Shown: one piece after another, positions 19,349-28,646 of the stretch
How positions within the stretch are numbered: the first letter of the stretch is position 1
How the letters are laid out: each line of letters begins with the position of its first letter
IMG/VR virus record: IMGVR_UViG_3300028837_003734
Location: 1-64,000 of that record
Source of the DNA: a virus
Length of the DNA: 64,000 bases
Direction: 5' to 3' (one strand)
Notes under the pieces: model-generated
The model's database searches: none
Told to the model about the DNA's origin: nothing
The model's input: the letters and a program-made list of their open reading frames with translations, nothing else
Translations under genes and position numbers: made by a program

Positions 19349-19645
19349 ATGACAGGAGAATTAAGCAGTGGAGAAAGTAAGAAACCAGCGACTACTGGGG
19401 ATATATCAAAAGTCGTTTTTTCCGTATTAGATCGGGCTAAAGAACTGAATATAATTATATCTGAAGTAAATAGCGAGCTAGTTGGTTCCCCGATGGAAGT
19501 GCAAGAGGAAAAGGATCTTGCCAAGAAGGCTTCCGAAGGATGGATTGAAAATGAATATAAAAGACTCTGCGAAATTAGAGAACAAATGAATAGAGTATCA
19601 GAGAGAATGCAGTTATTAAAAAGCCGGCTAAAGACGGAGAAATAA
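19349..19645 (+). CDS. Hypothetical coiled-coil protein
   Basis: ORF with aggagg RBS. Confidence 0.6.
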   Translation: MTGELSSGESKKPATTGDISKVVFSVLDRAKELNIIISEVNSELVGSPMEVQEEKDLAKKASEGWIENEYKRLCEIREQMNRVSERMQLLKSRLKTEK

Positions 19646-19660
19646 GAGAGGTGAACAAAG

Positions 19661-19732
19661 ATGTGGTATTGGTTCATAGGAATTGTAGTAGTGGTGGCAA
19701 TAGTAACATATTTAATATTAAAAAGAAGATAG
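19661..19732 (+). CDS. 23-aa membrane peptide MWYWFIGIVVVVAIVTYLILKRR
   Basis: gaggtg RBS; single TM helix; below ORF-track cutoff. Confidence 0.5.
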   Translation: MWYWFIGIVVVVAIVTYLILKRR

Positions 19733-19742
19733 AAATGAGAAT

Positions 19743-20585
19743 GGGGCGGAGTACTATTGGTATGTTATGTCTAAAGAGCTAATAGAAGAGGCATGTCTCT
19801 GTCCTAGTGGACCGGAAAGCTATAATAAAATTGCTTAAATTGCTACAATAAAGATGCTTCCGGTAGAGGATCGTGAGGCAGAATGCTAAAGGAATGGTGA
19901 TATAAAAAAGCTTGTAATATATCTGCTTTTGCCTCCCAAAAAAAAGAAAATTGAGAGATAGAACGCTAATAGGGAACTGTAGACTGGAGAATTGCTACTA
20001 AATATATGCTTCTATTATTAGATGACAGAAAGATCAAAGAGATGGGCAGAGAGCTAGGATGGTATTGATTTATTTAGTTGGCGAATGCCTCTGTCCGTCT
20101 CTAAGGATGGGGAGGCGGAGTACTGAAAAACATTTTATTCCGAAGATAGATAAAAGCCTTATGTCTCTGCCTAAATCTCCTCGGAAAGCTAAAAGGAAGA
20201 TGCTTAACATGCTATTAGCGAGGTTACTTCCGAGAAGAAGATACTGTGGGCAGAATGCTACTAATTCGATATCGATAGACTAAAGAATGTTTGCTTCTGC
20301 CTTAATAAAAGCTGGGACAGGCAAAGAGCTAAAATTATAATGACTTATTCGTTTAGGCCAAAATTGCCTTTTGTCTATCTTAGATATTAGAAAAAAAGGG
20401 AAGGAGAACTATTATAGCATTATATTCGAAGGGATTACTAATAGAAATATGTCTCTGACTGACAAAACGGAAAGTTAAAGCGATAATGTTTAATGTGCTG
20501 ATCAAGAATTGCTTCCGAATAAAATACTGCAGACAGAATGCTAGCGTAAGAATACGAAAAAGCTATTTATAGATTGCTTCTGCCT
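19743..20585 (+). ncRNA. TIGR-like stem-loop guide array, upstream part (12 units)
   Basis: Each unit: stem-(G/A)CTA-N9-TG..-(G)CTA-N9-TGC-stem, e.g. accggaaa GCTA taataaaat TGC ttaaatt GCTA caataaaga TGC ttccggt (19811-19864). Confidence 0.85.
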
Positions 20586-20611
20586 CGCTAAAGAAAGAAA
20601 GGTGATTTAAA

Positions 20612-21544
20612 ATGTATTTTGTTAAATGGTCCATTAAAAAGGAATTAAAGGTCTTTGATCTCGCGAATGAGAAATCCAAAACCATGGCCCCGAGCGTCGG
20701 AGAATTCTCCAAATTTCTGGATAAGATTGAAAAGGAAAATTCCTTCTATTTCGAGGAAGGTGGCGGAGACTCCTTTAAACTCTTAGCTAGGAGAAGGGGC
20801 CATCAGGTATTTACACTGCCGGGAATCAGAACTAAGGAGTGCCGGGAGAACCTGAAGCTACCAAAAACAGACAAGAACGACGCTTTTGCCGTAAAACATT
20901 TAATTAAGGAGCACCCTGAAGATTTTTATGAATTCAAAGAGCTAGACGAAATGACTGCCCGGATCAGCATAATATTCAAAGAGCGTGCTGATACTGAAAA
21001 GATTATGGTGGCGACTAAATTAAGGCTGTTCGCTCTAAAGAATAGATTAGAATTGGTGAATCTGAACGGATACGAGAAAGAGGCGGTGGAGAAAAAGGAG
21101 GCAGTTATCCAGGCCCTAGAAGAAGATTTCGAACTTCAAACTAAACTATTACAAGCAGAAGTAAGGAAACATCCTGTCTGGAAGGATTATCTAAAGGGGA
21201 TAAAGGGAGTCGGACCTGCAGTAGCCGGTGGCCTGATAACCGGTATTAAAAGGGCTTCCCGGTTTAGCGATAAGTATGCCCTGAGACATTATGCCGGAAT
21301 GGTAGCCAAGAAGGGGAATCAGAGATTTAACCACCAATTGAAGAGGGCATTATTTCATTTTGCCGAACAGGTTATACGACAGAATACTCCGATCTGGCGA
21401 AAGCTATATGATGATATGAAGATTTTTTATGGCAATAAACACCCGGATTGGAGTAAAGGCAAGATAAATAATTACAGCAAAAAGTTTATAGAAACACGAT
21501 TCTTGAATGAATTATTCGAAGAGATAAAGATGGTGGAGAGATGA
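20612..21544 (+). CDS. TasR-like RuvC+Nop-domain RNA-guided protein (IS110-related, no catalytic Ser loop, first RuvC Asp replaced by Lys)
   Basis: FEE, KTDKNDA, coiled coil, LKGIKGVGP, RF....LRHYAGM..N..LKRAL; embedded in the dual-spacer array. Confidence 0.8.
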   Translation: MYFVKWSIKKELKVFDLANEKSKTMAPSVGEFSKFLDKIEKENSFYFEEGGGDSFKLLARRRGHQVFTLPGIRTKECRENLKLPKTDKNDAFAVKHLIKEHPEDFYEFKELDEMTARISIIFKERADTEKIMVATKLRLFALKNRLELVNLNGYEKEAVEKKEAVIQALEEDFELQTKLLQAEVRKHPVWKDYLKGIKGVGPAVAGGLITGIKRASRFSDKYALRHYAGMVAKKGNQRFNHQLKRALFHFAEQVIRQNTPIWRKLYDDMKIFYGNKHPDWSKGKINNYSKKFIETRFLNELFEEIKMVER

Positions 21545-21973
21545 TGCTAAAAGCAATGTGCCCTTAGGCTAGAGTATGATTGCTCATCTCCGATAAAAAA
21601 ATGGAAAGTTGAAAATGTTAGGATGTAAATGTGAATTAGCATATCATTAATAACTTGTTGCTTTTTGACTTTCTAACTGAGGGGCCGGGTTATAAGGAAT
21701 GTTAGATATTGCATGTAATAAAATATTTACTGCTGGTCTTGTGCCTCCTCATAATCCAGTCTGAGCTACTGTAACGGAATAATATAGGGAAGGGATAAGG
21801 AAATGAAAATGGTGGAGAGAGGCTGACAATGAGAGGCTGACAATGACGAACTGAGCTGTTGAGATGACGTTATTTTTAATCTGCTCTAAACAGAATGATA
21901 TAGGAAAAAAAAGAATAGAGAGATAATGCTACAGATGAAGTGCTTTTAAGCTAATTAGAATATGCTTATTTCT
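21535..21973 (+). ncRNA. TIGR-like array, downstream part (about 4 units)
   Basis: e.g. gagatgat GCTA aaagcaatg TGC ccttag GCTA gagtatgat TGC tcatctc (21535-21591); agataat GCTA cagatgaag TGC ttttaa GCTA attagaata TGC ttatttct (21919-21973). Confidence 0.8.
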
Positions 21974-21992
21974 AAGAAAAGGAGGAATAAAT

Positions 21993-22277
21993 ATGTTAAC
22001 CATCTATAAATATCCGATCCCTGTAGAAGACCATTTCACTTTAGAATTGCCTAAGGATGCTAAAATACTGACGGTCCAAACTCAAAGAGGCGCTCCTTAT
22101 TTATGGGCAATGGTAGATTCAGAAACAGAAAAGGAAACTAGGTATTTTAGGCTAAGTGGGACCGGTCATCCTTTGGGTGAAGATTACCTCAGAATAATTA
22201 ATTATATAGGAACTTTTCAAATAGAAAATGGGGCATTAGTATTTCATTTGTTCGAGATTAAGAAAGGAGAATTTTAA
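21993..22277 (+). CDS. Conserved phage hypothetical protein (IYKY..LP..AKIL..LWA.VD..GTG..YIGT..VFHLFE)
   Basis: Recognisable phage motif; aggagg RBS. Confidence 0.75.
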   Translation: MLTIYKYPIPVEDHFTLELPKDAKILTVQTQRGAPYLWAMVDSETEKETRYFRLSGTGHPLGEDYLRIINYIGTFQIENGALVFHLFEIKKGEF

Positions 22278-22279
22278 AA

Positions 22280-22900
22280 ATGAGCGATTTTTATTGGGGG
22301 AAGAAAGAAGAAATACCACCCAAAGAGGACTCGAAGTCTCAGCAGGAAGAGAAAGCCCGTCCGTCTTTTGTCGAAGTGGTAGAAAATAGGATTTATTTCT
22401 ATTCTCGTATTGAAACAGAAAAAATATTACAACTTAATAGAAATATATTGAGCATGGGAATTAATTTGCAACGCGAGGCCACAATTCAAAATCGGGAGCC
22501 TGCTAATATCTATCTTCATATCCAAAGTTACGGTGGCAGTATCTTTGCAGGGATGGCGGGAATGGATGAAATAATTAAGAGCGTTGTTCCTGTCCATACA
22601 ATGATTGATGGGTGTTGTGCTAGTGCAGCAACCTTCTTGAGCGTTTGTGGAAAAAGGAGATTTATCAATCGTCATGCTTATATGCTCATCCATCAACTGA
22701 GTTCCTTTATGTGGGGCAAGTATGAGGAGTTTAAGGATGAGATCCAGAATCTGGATAAGATTATGGTGATGATAAAGCAAGTCTATAAAGAATATACGCA
22801 GATTCCCATGAGCAAACTTGACGGAATATTGAAGCATGACCTTTGGTTTGACGCTGGCCAATGCAAGGAATATGGTTTGGTGGATGAAATCATTGTTTAA
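22280..22900 (+). CDS. ClpP-like serine protease
   Basis: IQSYGGS, CASAAT, MLIHQ, DLWFDA..YGLVD. Confidence 0.85.
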   Translation: MSDFYWGKKEEIPPKEDSKSQQEEKARPSFVEVVENRIYFYSRIETEKILQLNRNILSMGINLQREATIQNREPANIYLHIQSYGGSIFAGMAGMDEIIKSVVPVHTMIDGCCASAATFLSVCGKRRFINRHAYMLIHQLSSFMWGKYEEFKDEIQNLDKIMVMIKQVYKEYTQIPMSKLDGILKHDLWFDAGQCKEYGLVDEIIV

Positions 22901-22946
22901 AATTTGGGGAAGATATTTAAAAAAAAAGAAAAGGAGATTTCTTATC

Positions 22947-23333
22947 ATGGATAAACACTATAGACACGGAGATATTTTGTTAATTAAAATTGATAAATTA
23001 CCTGAAAACATAAAATTTAAGGCTGAAGAGGATAAAATAATTCTAAGAGGAGAAGTTACCGGGCATGCTCACAGATTAAAGGGAAATGCTAAGATATTGG
23101 AAGTAGCCGAAAGGATTGCTAATAATCCGATTGGAGTTTGGGATGGGCAGATGCTCGTGGTGAACCCCGTTACGGCAGAACCAAAATCACAGGTAATAGG
23201 CTACGCAATGGTTAAAGAGCCAACAGAATTAATCCATGAAGAGCATAATGCCATAACTTTGCCTGTTGGAACTTATGAAATTAGGAGACAAAGAGAGTAT
23301 GATACAGATTATATCAAATTCGTTGAGGACTAG
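22947..23333 (+). CDS. Conserved phage protein (RHGD..GEVTGHAH..HEEH..RQREY)
   Basis: His-rich motifs; family usually paired with DUF6745-type genes. Confidence 0.75.
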   Translation: MDKHYRHGDILLIKIDKLPENIKFKAEEDKIILRGEVTGHAHRLKGNAKILEVAERIANNPIGVWDGQMLVVNPVTAEPKSQVIGYAMVKEPTELIHEEHNAITLPVGTYEIRRQREYDTDYIKFVED

Positions 23334-24141
23334 ATTAAATTCATGGAAAACTGGGGAGAATGTAAGGCATACCGAATATGGGGTCTACTACATACTGGAG
23401 GGGAGAGTAAGTGAATCGGATTTAAGATCATCACATTTTAATCCTTATGTTATTGAATTATATTTTGAGGTGGGAGAGGAAAGATTATGTAGTTATCATA
23501 TAGGGATACCTCCGATAAATGTGGCAAGTAGAATTCATACCATAATATTTTTTCCCTGGGATATAACTCTAGGAATTCTAAACAAGAGGAACTTAGCTGA
23601 AATCCTCTCCGAGGATATGAGCTTATTTAGTAACTTTCTGGATATAAGATTAATTCTTGGGGAGAGTTTGAGTTTGGGAAGAGATAGTATTATTTCTCGT
23701 GGATTTAAAACTTATCTGGAACGGTATCTCCAGGATATAGAGACGAAAATAAAACTGGAGATGGATTATCCTATAACATTTGGGGATATAGAAGGAACAG
23801 AAAATCTAGAATTAAGGGAGCAGGCATTAAGGAAATTTGGCTATGGGAACTATATAAGAGAAGGATTTGAGATGAATAAAATTCAATATATCATTCTTGG
23901 AGATGCCACCTTTCAGTATCCTCCTGATTTTTATGGTAGTATTCCAAGAGGGTATTTTAATGACAGAGAGGATAAAATCATAATCTTAACAGATGGCATA
24001 GCATTTTTACAGGTTAAAGATTCTTCAACTGGCAAACGATATTTTCTCAAGGTGCCTCCTGATATGTGTAGTGTGCAAGAGGCAAAAGCCTGGACCTTTG
24101 GATTAGAAAAGGATGAATATGATCCCACGATAGAAACTTAG
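23266..24141 (+). CDS. DUF6745-like protein
   Basis: NLELR, KDSSTG.RYFLKVPP....QEAKAWTFG....Y.P..ET C-terminus. Confidence 0.7.
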   Translation: MELMKLGDKESMIQIISNSLRTRLNSWKTGENVRHTEYGVYYILEGRVSESDLRSSHFNPYVIELYFEVGEERLCSYHIGIPPINVASRIHTIIFFPWDITLGILNKRNLAEILSEDMSLFSNFLDIRLILGESLSLGRDSIISRGFKTYLERYLQDIETKIKLEMDYPITFGDIEGTENLELREQALRKFGYGNYIREGFEMNKIQYIILGDATFQYPPDFYGSIPRGYFNDREDKIIILTDGIAFLQVKDSSTGKRYFLKVPPDMCSVQEAKAWTFGLEKDEYDPTIET

Positions 24142-24154
24142 GAGGAAGTAATAG

Positions 24155-24409
24155 ATGAGAAAACATAGACCGGTAAGTGACGAAGAATATAAAGACATTT
24201 TACAATGGCTAAACGAAGAAGTAGATATTAGGGCAGTATCACTTTGTGAGGAGCAAATTATAGTGATGAGGAATACTTTTTCATTCCAGAGATGGCAGTT
24301 GAGGAAGGCTTATCGTGAACTTGTGGTAGCCATGAGAGGAACCCGTATAGGTTCTATTTTAATATCGGTTGTAGAAAGAATTGACAAGATATGTGAAAAA
24401 ATATTTTAA
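24155..24409 (+). CDS. Hypothetical protein
   Basis: ggagg RBS. Confidence 0.55.
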   Translation: MRKHRPVSDEEYKDILQWLNEEVDIRAVSLCEEQIIVMRNTFSFQRWQLRKAYRELVVAMRGTRIGSILISVVERIDKICEKIF

Positions 24410-24435
24410 AAAATAGCGATCAGGAGGTTTTTTAA

Positions 24436-24690
24436 TTGAAGGTAAATGAAGTTGAACCTGGACAAATTTTTACTACTGATAAGACCCTCACCTATCCGAA
24501 GCTAAAACTTCATAAGGGATTTATAAGTATGGGGACCCAATATGTTTATTTATGCAGAGGGGACGTTTTGGCTTGGCCACTATCAGAGACTCAACTTAGA
24601 AAGATTATGAATAACTGGAGAATGAGCCAGGAGGAATTTGATAAATATAGGGAGGAGTTAATTAAGAAATATGACGTCCTTGAAATGTGA
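24436..24690 (+). CDS. Hypothetical protein
   Basis: aggagg RBS, TTG start. Confidence 0.55.
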   Translation: MKVNEVEPGQIFTTDKTLTYPKLKLHKGFISMGTQYVYLCRGDVLAWPLSETQLRKIMNNWRMSQEEFDKYREELIKKYDVLEM

Positions 24691-25036
24691 TTACGAAAAG
24701 GCTTGGAAGGAAATTGAAGAGATGTTCGGTGATGAAATAGTATATTACGAAGATAAAAAAGTGGGTAATACTGCAGGAAAATTAAAGCTTTACATGAAAG
24801 AGATTGAGGGAAGGCATAGGAACATAATAGATATCAGAAGGCGTAGTAATGAAGAGGTAGCCGGGCTTTTTATGAGGAAGTTCATGAATCTATTTGCCAA
24901 ATACCTTAATTTGAAGAATAGGTTAGAGGAATTAAATCAAGAAAGTATGGATGAAAAGGAAGAGATCTCTTATTTTAGACATGAGCTAAATCAGATCTAT
25001 CAATCTGTTAGGAGGGATATTGAGGAATATAAATAA
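24671..25036 (+). CDS. Hypothetical coiled-coil protein
   Basis: ORF track. Confidence 0.55.
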   Translation: MTSLKCDYEKAWKEIEEMFGDEIVYYEDKKVGNTAGKLKLYMKEIEGRHRNIIDIRRRSNEEVAGLFMRKFMNLFAKYLNLKNRLEELNQESMDEKEEISYFRHELNQIYQSVRRDIEEYK

Positions 25037-25057
25037 AATAAGAAAGGAGGTAAAACG

Positions 25058-25315
25058 ATGATTAAAATAGGCGATAAAGTAAAAGATACGGTTACAGGAC
25101 TTGAAGGTATGGTTGTTGCTAAGATTATTTATATGAACGGTTGTATTCAATATGAAATTCAACCTAAAGGATTAAAGGATGGCAAGATTATCAAGAGTGC
25201 ATGGATCGATGAAGGACAGCTCATCGTCAAAAGTAGAGCAAAGATGCAAGGGGAGAAAAAAGAGCTCCCCGGTGGGTCTGGCCATTTACCTGGTGAATTT
25301 AGCCATCCAGATTAA
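25058..25315 (+). CDS. Conserved phage SH3-like protein (GDKVKD.VTG.EG..Y.NGC)
   Basis: Motif; aggagg RBS. Confidence 0.7.
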   Translation: MIKIGDKVKDTVTGLEGMVVAKIIYMNGCIQYEIQPKGLKDGKIIKSAWIDEGQLIVKSRAKMQGEKKELPGGSGHLPGEFSHPD

Positions 25316-25333
25316 GGGGAGGAGAGTAATCAA

Positions 25334-25567
25334 ATGGGTATTGAAGGACTGAACGGTAGTGAAAAATTACATAGGTTAGGGAATAAAAATAGGATGACGG
25401 ATTATAATTTGCAATGTGTTAATTGCAGAAAAGAACGAAATATAAATTTAGTAGCACATCGAAATGACAAAGGATATATTACCGGATTTGTGATAGTTTG
25501 TAATGATTGTCTTAGGCTATTAGAGAAATTAAATAAAGCGGTTAAGATAGTTATAGAGAATGAATAA
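25334..25567 (+). CDS. Zn-ribbon hypothetical protein
   Basis: CVNC, CNDC. Confidence 0.55.
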   Translation: MGIEGLNGSEKLHRLGNKNRMTDYNLQCVNCRKERNINLVAHRNDKGYITGFVIVCNDCLRLLEKLNKAVKIVIENE

Positions 25568-25667
25568 TTAAAACTAAAGAGGAAGGTGATTAAATGAAAT
25601 TAAAGATAGGCGAAGAAAAAATTAAAGGATTCAGCAATCCGGTTAAAAAAGCAGAGAGAACTAACGA

Positions 25668-26069
25668 TTGGTGTTGGTGGACTTTGTTTGGTGCAGTAGT
25701 GTTTATGATAATTTTGGTGATATTAAAAATGCTGGGGAAGATATGATAAATGACAATTTAAAAACTCAAATAGGTGAATATTGTTATCTGGTACAAAGAG
25801 GAAAACCTTCTGCAATGCTGCCAGTGCAAAATAGATATGTCAATGAAGCAATGGAAATTGTAGAGGGATATAAAGATTTATATTATATTAACAAATATCT
25901 TTCAGATGGCTGGAGGGAATTTTGGATTTATAGAAAAACATTTATGTCGGAGGTAATAAAAAATTTACCGGAAAAGCCGAAGACGATATATGATCATTGG
26001 ATTATAGGTAAAGCTTTTGGCTACTCAGACGAGGCAATTGAAGAATATATTAATAAGGAGCAATTATGA
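25668..26069 (+). CDS. Hypothetical protein (likely start ATG about 25743)
   Basis: HWIIGKAFGYS..AI motif. Confidence 0.55.
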   Translation: MVLVDFVWCSSVYDNFGDIKNAGEDMINDNLKTQIGEYCYLVQRGKPSAMLPVQNRYVNEAMEIVEGYKDLYYINKYLSDGWREFWIYRKTFMSEVIKNLPEKPKTIYDHWIIGKAFGYSDEAIEEYINKEQL

Positions 26070-26129
26070 TGCACATATTTGTGATGGCATTCGAAAGAAA
26101 AGGAAAAAATAAAATTGATGAAAATTAAA

Positions 26130-26990
26130 TAACAATATAATGCTCCTGCAAGAGCATTAGAATGTTATTAAAAATTGATGAAAAATAAAGATATGCCTAA
26201 AAATGAAGTTCTGTAATGCTTATTATGTAAGGCTTTCGGAGTGCAAAAAACAAAATTAATTGTACCTCTAGAAAAAAGACTAAAAATATTGAAACGAAAC
26301 GCTAAAAAAGTATAAAAAAAGAGAAGTACAATTTGGGTTTGTAAGGGGTCAAACGCAGTGCTCAAAAATATCTTATTTTATTTTTAAGGAAAAAAACAGC
26401 ATTAAAAATGACCTCTGCAAAACTCTAATCTACACCTTAAAAAAAAAAAAAACGAAATTCGGAAAATCACAAAAAAATGAGCATTAGAATCGAGTCTTGC
26501 AAAAACAAGATCTAATGCTCCAAAATCTCTTAAAAATATTTTAAGGAAAATCTGAGCATTAGAAATGAGTCTTGCAGAACCGAAATGTAGTGCTCTAAAA
26601 ATGCTAAAAATAAAAATAGGGATTTTTCGAGAGATAGAAATAGCCACCTGCAAAACCGAATTCTAGATCTCTTTTTTTTCCCGGAAACTAAATTTAAAAA
26701 TTCTGAAAACGAAAGACGTTTTTTAACCTCTTGCAGGAGCATTAGAAAGACGATAGAAAAAGCACGAAAAATAAAATAAGGGAATTTCTGCGGGTGCTGA
26801 AACGCTTATAAATAAAGAGTTACAAGACACTAAAAAAGGTTTTAATTGTACTTCTCTAAAACTACGCCAAAAATAAAATAACTAACGGTAAAAATGAAGG
26901 TAAAAAAGAGATGTAGGTTTTGGGTCTGCAAGGGGTCAAATGCAATGCTCGAAAAAACCTTAAAATATTTTTAAGGAAAAAAAGAGAAGT
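26130..26990. repeat. AT-rich non-coding block with nested direct and inverted repeats
   Basis: GAGCATTAGAA x4; TAATGCTCCTGCAAGAG (26138) inverted at 26728; about 65-bp direct repeat at 26332 and 26919; CTTAAAA..TTTTAAG palindromes. Confidence 0.75.
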
Positions 26991-27072
26991 AGTTTTACTG
27001 TTTGCGAATGACAGAATGTTGCTGCCCAAAATATTGTAAAAATAAAATAAGAAAATTTGGGAGAAAAAGTAT

Positions 27073-27948
27073 TTGAAAATTGGCATTTTTGATATTGATA
27101 GCAAATATCATAATTTAGCTTTGATGAAATTATCAGCATGGCATAAGAATTTTGGGGATCATACGGAAATATATTTGCCATTAATGAAAAAAACTTATGA
27201 TAAGGTTTATGTTTCAAAGATATTTTCAAAGGGAAATATTAAAGAAGAATATATTCCTGAAAATGCTATTATCGGCGGATCGGGTTTTAATCTAAAAACT
27301 GTTTTACCTTATGATATGGAACATATTAAGCCAGATTATTCTCTTTATAATCTTGATTATTCTCTGGGCTTTACTACCCGGGGCTGTATAAGAAATTGCA
27401 AATTTTGTATTGTAAGGGAAAAGGAAGGCTACATAAAGGAACACGCAGAAGTGGAGGAATTTTTAAATTCTAAATCAAATGTAGTGGTTCTGTTGGATAA
27501 TAACTTTTTAGCCTTACCGAGCCATATTAAAAAATTAAAAAAATATATAGATAAGGGCTGGATAATGGATTTTAACCAGGGGCTGGATATAAGATTGATT
27601 AATGAAGAGAATGCTGAATTGCTGGCCAGAGTGAAACATCTAAAGCAAATACATTTTGCCTGGGACCTGATGGATTATGAAAAAGAAGTAAAAGAAGGAT
27701 TAAAAATATTATTTAAAGCAAGAGTCAAGCCGTATAGGATAATGGTATATATCTTATGCAACTACAATACTAATTTTAAAGAAGATATGTATCGGTTTGA
27801 AGAATTAATCAATTTAGGCATAGATCCCTTTATAATGATTTATGAAAATGGGAATAAAAAAATAAGAGACTTTGCCCGGTGGGTAAATAAGAGATTATAT
27901 AAGGTTTGCGATTGGGATAATTATAAAAGGAGCAGTGATAATAAATGA
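27073..27948 (+). CDS. Radical SAM protein (phage type)
   Basis: NLALMKLS, TRGCIRNCKFC (CxxxCxxC), LDNN, DFNQGLD. Confidence 0.85.
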   Translation: MKIGIFDIDSKYHNLALMKLSAWHKNFGDHTEIYLPLMKKTYDKVYVSKIFSKGNIKEEYIPENAIIGGSGFNLKTVLPYDMEHIKPDYSLYNLDYSLGFTTRGCIRNCKFCIVREKEGYIKEHAEVEEFLNSKSNVVVLLDNNFLALPSHIKKLKKYIDKGWIMDFNQGLDIRLINEENAELLARVKHLKQIHFAWDLMDYEKEVKEGLKILFKARVKPYRIMVYILCNYNTNFKEDMYRFEELINLGIDPFIMIYENGNKKIRDFARWVNKRLYKVCDWDNYKRSSDNK

Positions 27949-28190
27949 ATCTTATTAAATGGTTAAAAATAAATAGCGATATAAAATTAGGAAAACTTAA
28001 AAACAGGGATTAAAAAGGATGATGTAATAGTAATTGAATCTGTATCTCCTATTGGAGATTATATTAAAAAAAATTTTGTAGATCAGTGGCGTAAGATATT
28101 TCCGGATAATCTCATTATATTCCTTGCCGGAGATGTTAATTTAGAATATCTGGATGAGAAAGAAATGAATAGAGCTGGATGGTATAGATA

Positions 28191-28628
28191 ATGAGGAATG
28201 TAGCGAGGGGCGGTTACCGGGAAGATTTAAAACAATATTTCAGGTCAAAGATGGAGGCTAATATTTGCAGGTATTATAAACTTACTGAGATCGACTATAT
28301 CTATGAACCGAAAGAATTTGAATTTAAGACCATTAAACGTGGTAATCGATATTATAAACCAGATTTTTATTTACCTATAATAGATTTATGGGTAGAATGT
28401 AAGGGATGGTTTCGACCAGAAGATAAAACTAAACTTAGACGATTCAAGAAATATTATCCAAAATTATTCAAGAAATTAAGATTTATAATACCGGATAAAT
28501 ATTCAAGAAGTAAATCAAATGGTGAGATGATTAAATTCTTGTGTGATGATTTAGGAATAGATTTTGATGATATAATAAGCTACAAGGAAATAGAAGAGCA
28601 CGGTAAGCTGATCCCCGGGTGGGAATAA
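28191..28628 (+). CDS. PD-(D/E)XK endonuclease (resolvase-like)
   Basis: FRSKME, YEP, YKPDF, VECKG. Confidence 0.75.
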   Translation: MRNVARGGYREDLKQYFRSKMEANICRYYKLTEIDYIYEPKEFEFKTIKRGNRYYKPDFYLPIIDLWVECKGWFRPEDKTKLRRFKKYYPKLFKKLRFIIPDKYSRSKSNGEMIKFLCDDLGIDFDDIISYKEIEEHGKLIPGWE

Positions 28629-28646
28629 TTGGCTAACCCAAATTAT

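Noticed and set aside
20059-20283. 74-aa ORF
   Set aside because: Runs across guide units 5-8 with no convincing RBS; likely spurious.
19743-20585. CRISPR array
   Set aside because: No constant 25-40-bp repeat, variable parts are only about 9 nt, and no cas genes.
20612-21544. Ordinary IS110 insertion sequence
   Set aside because: No catalytic Ser loop, first Asp missing, and flanked by many dual-spacer units rather than one bridge RNA.
19743-21973. Self-targets of the guides within this window
   Set aside because: Spot checks by eye found none; an exhaustive search could not be run, so nothing is claimed.
26168-27229. Minus-strand Phe-rich ORFs
   Set aside because: By-products of A-tracts in the repeat block; no RBS or motifs.
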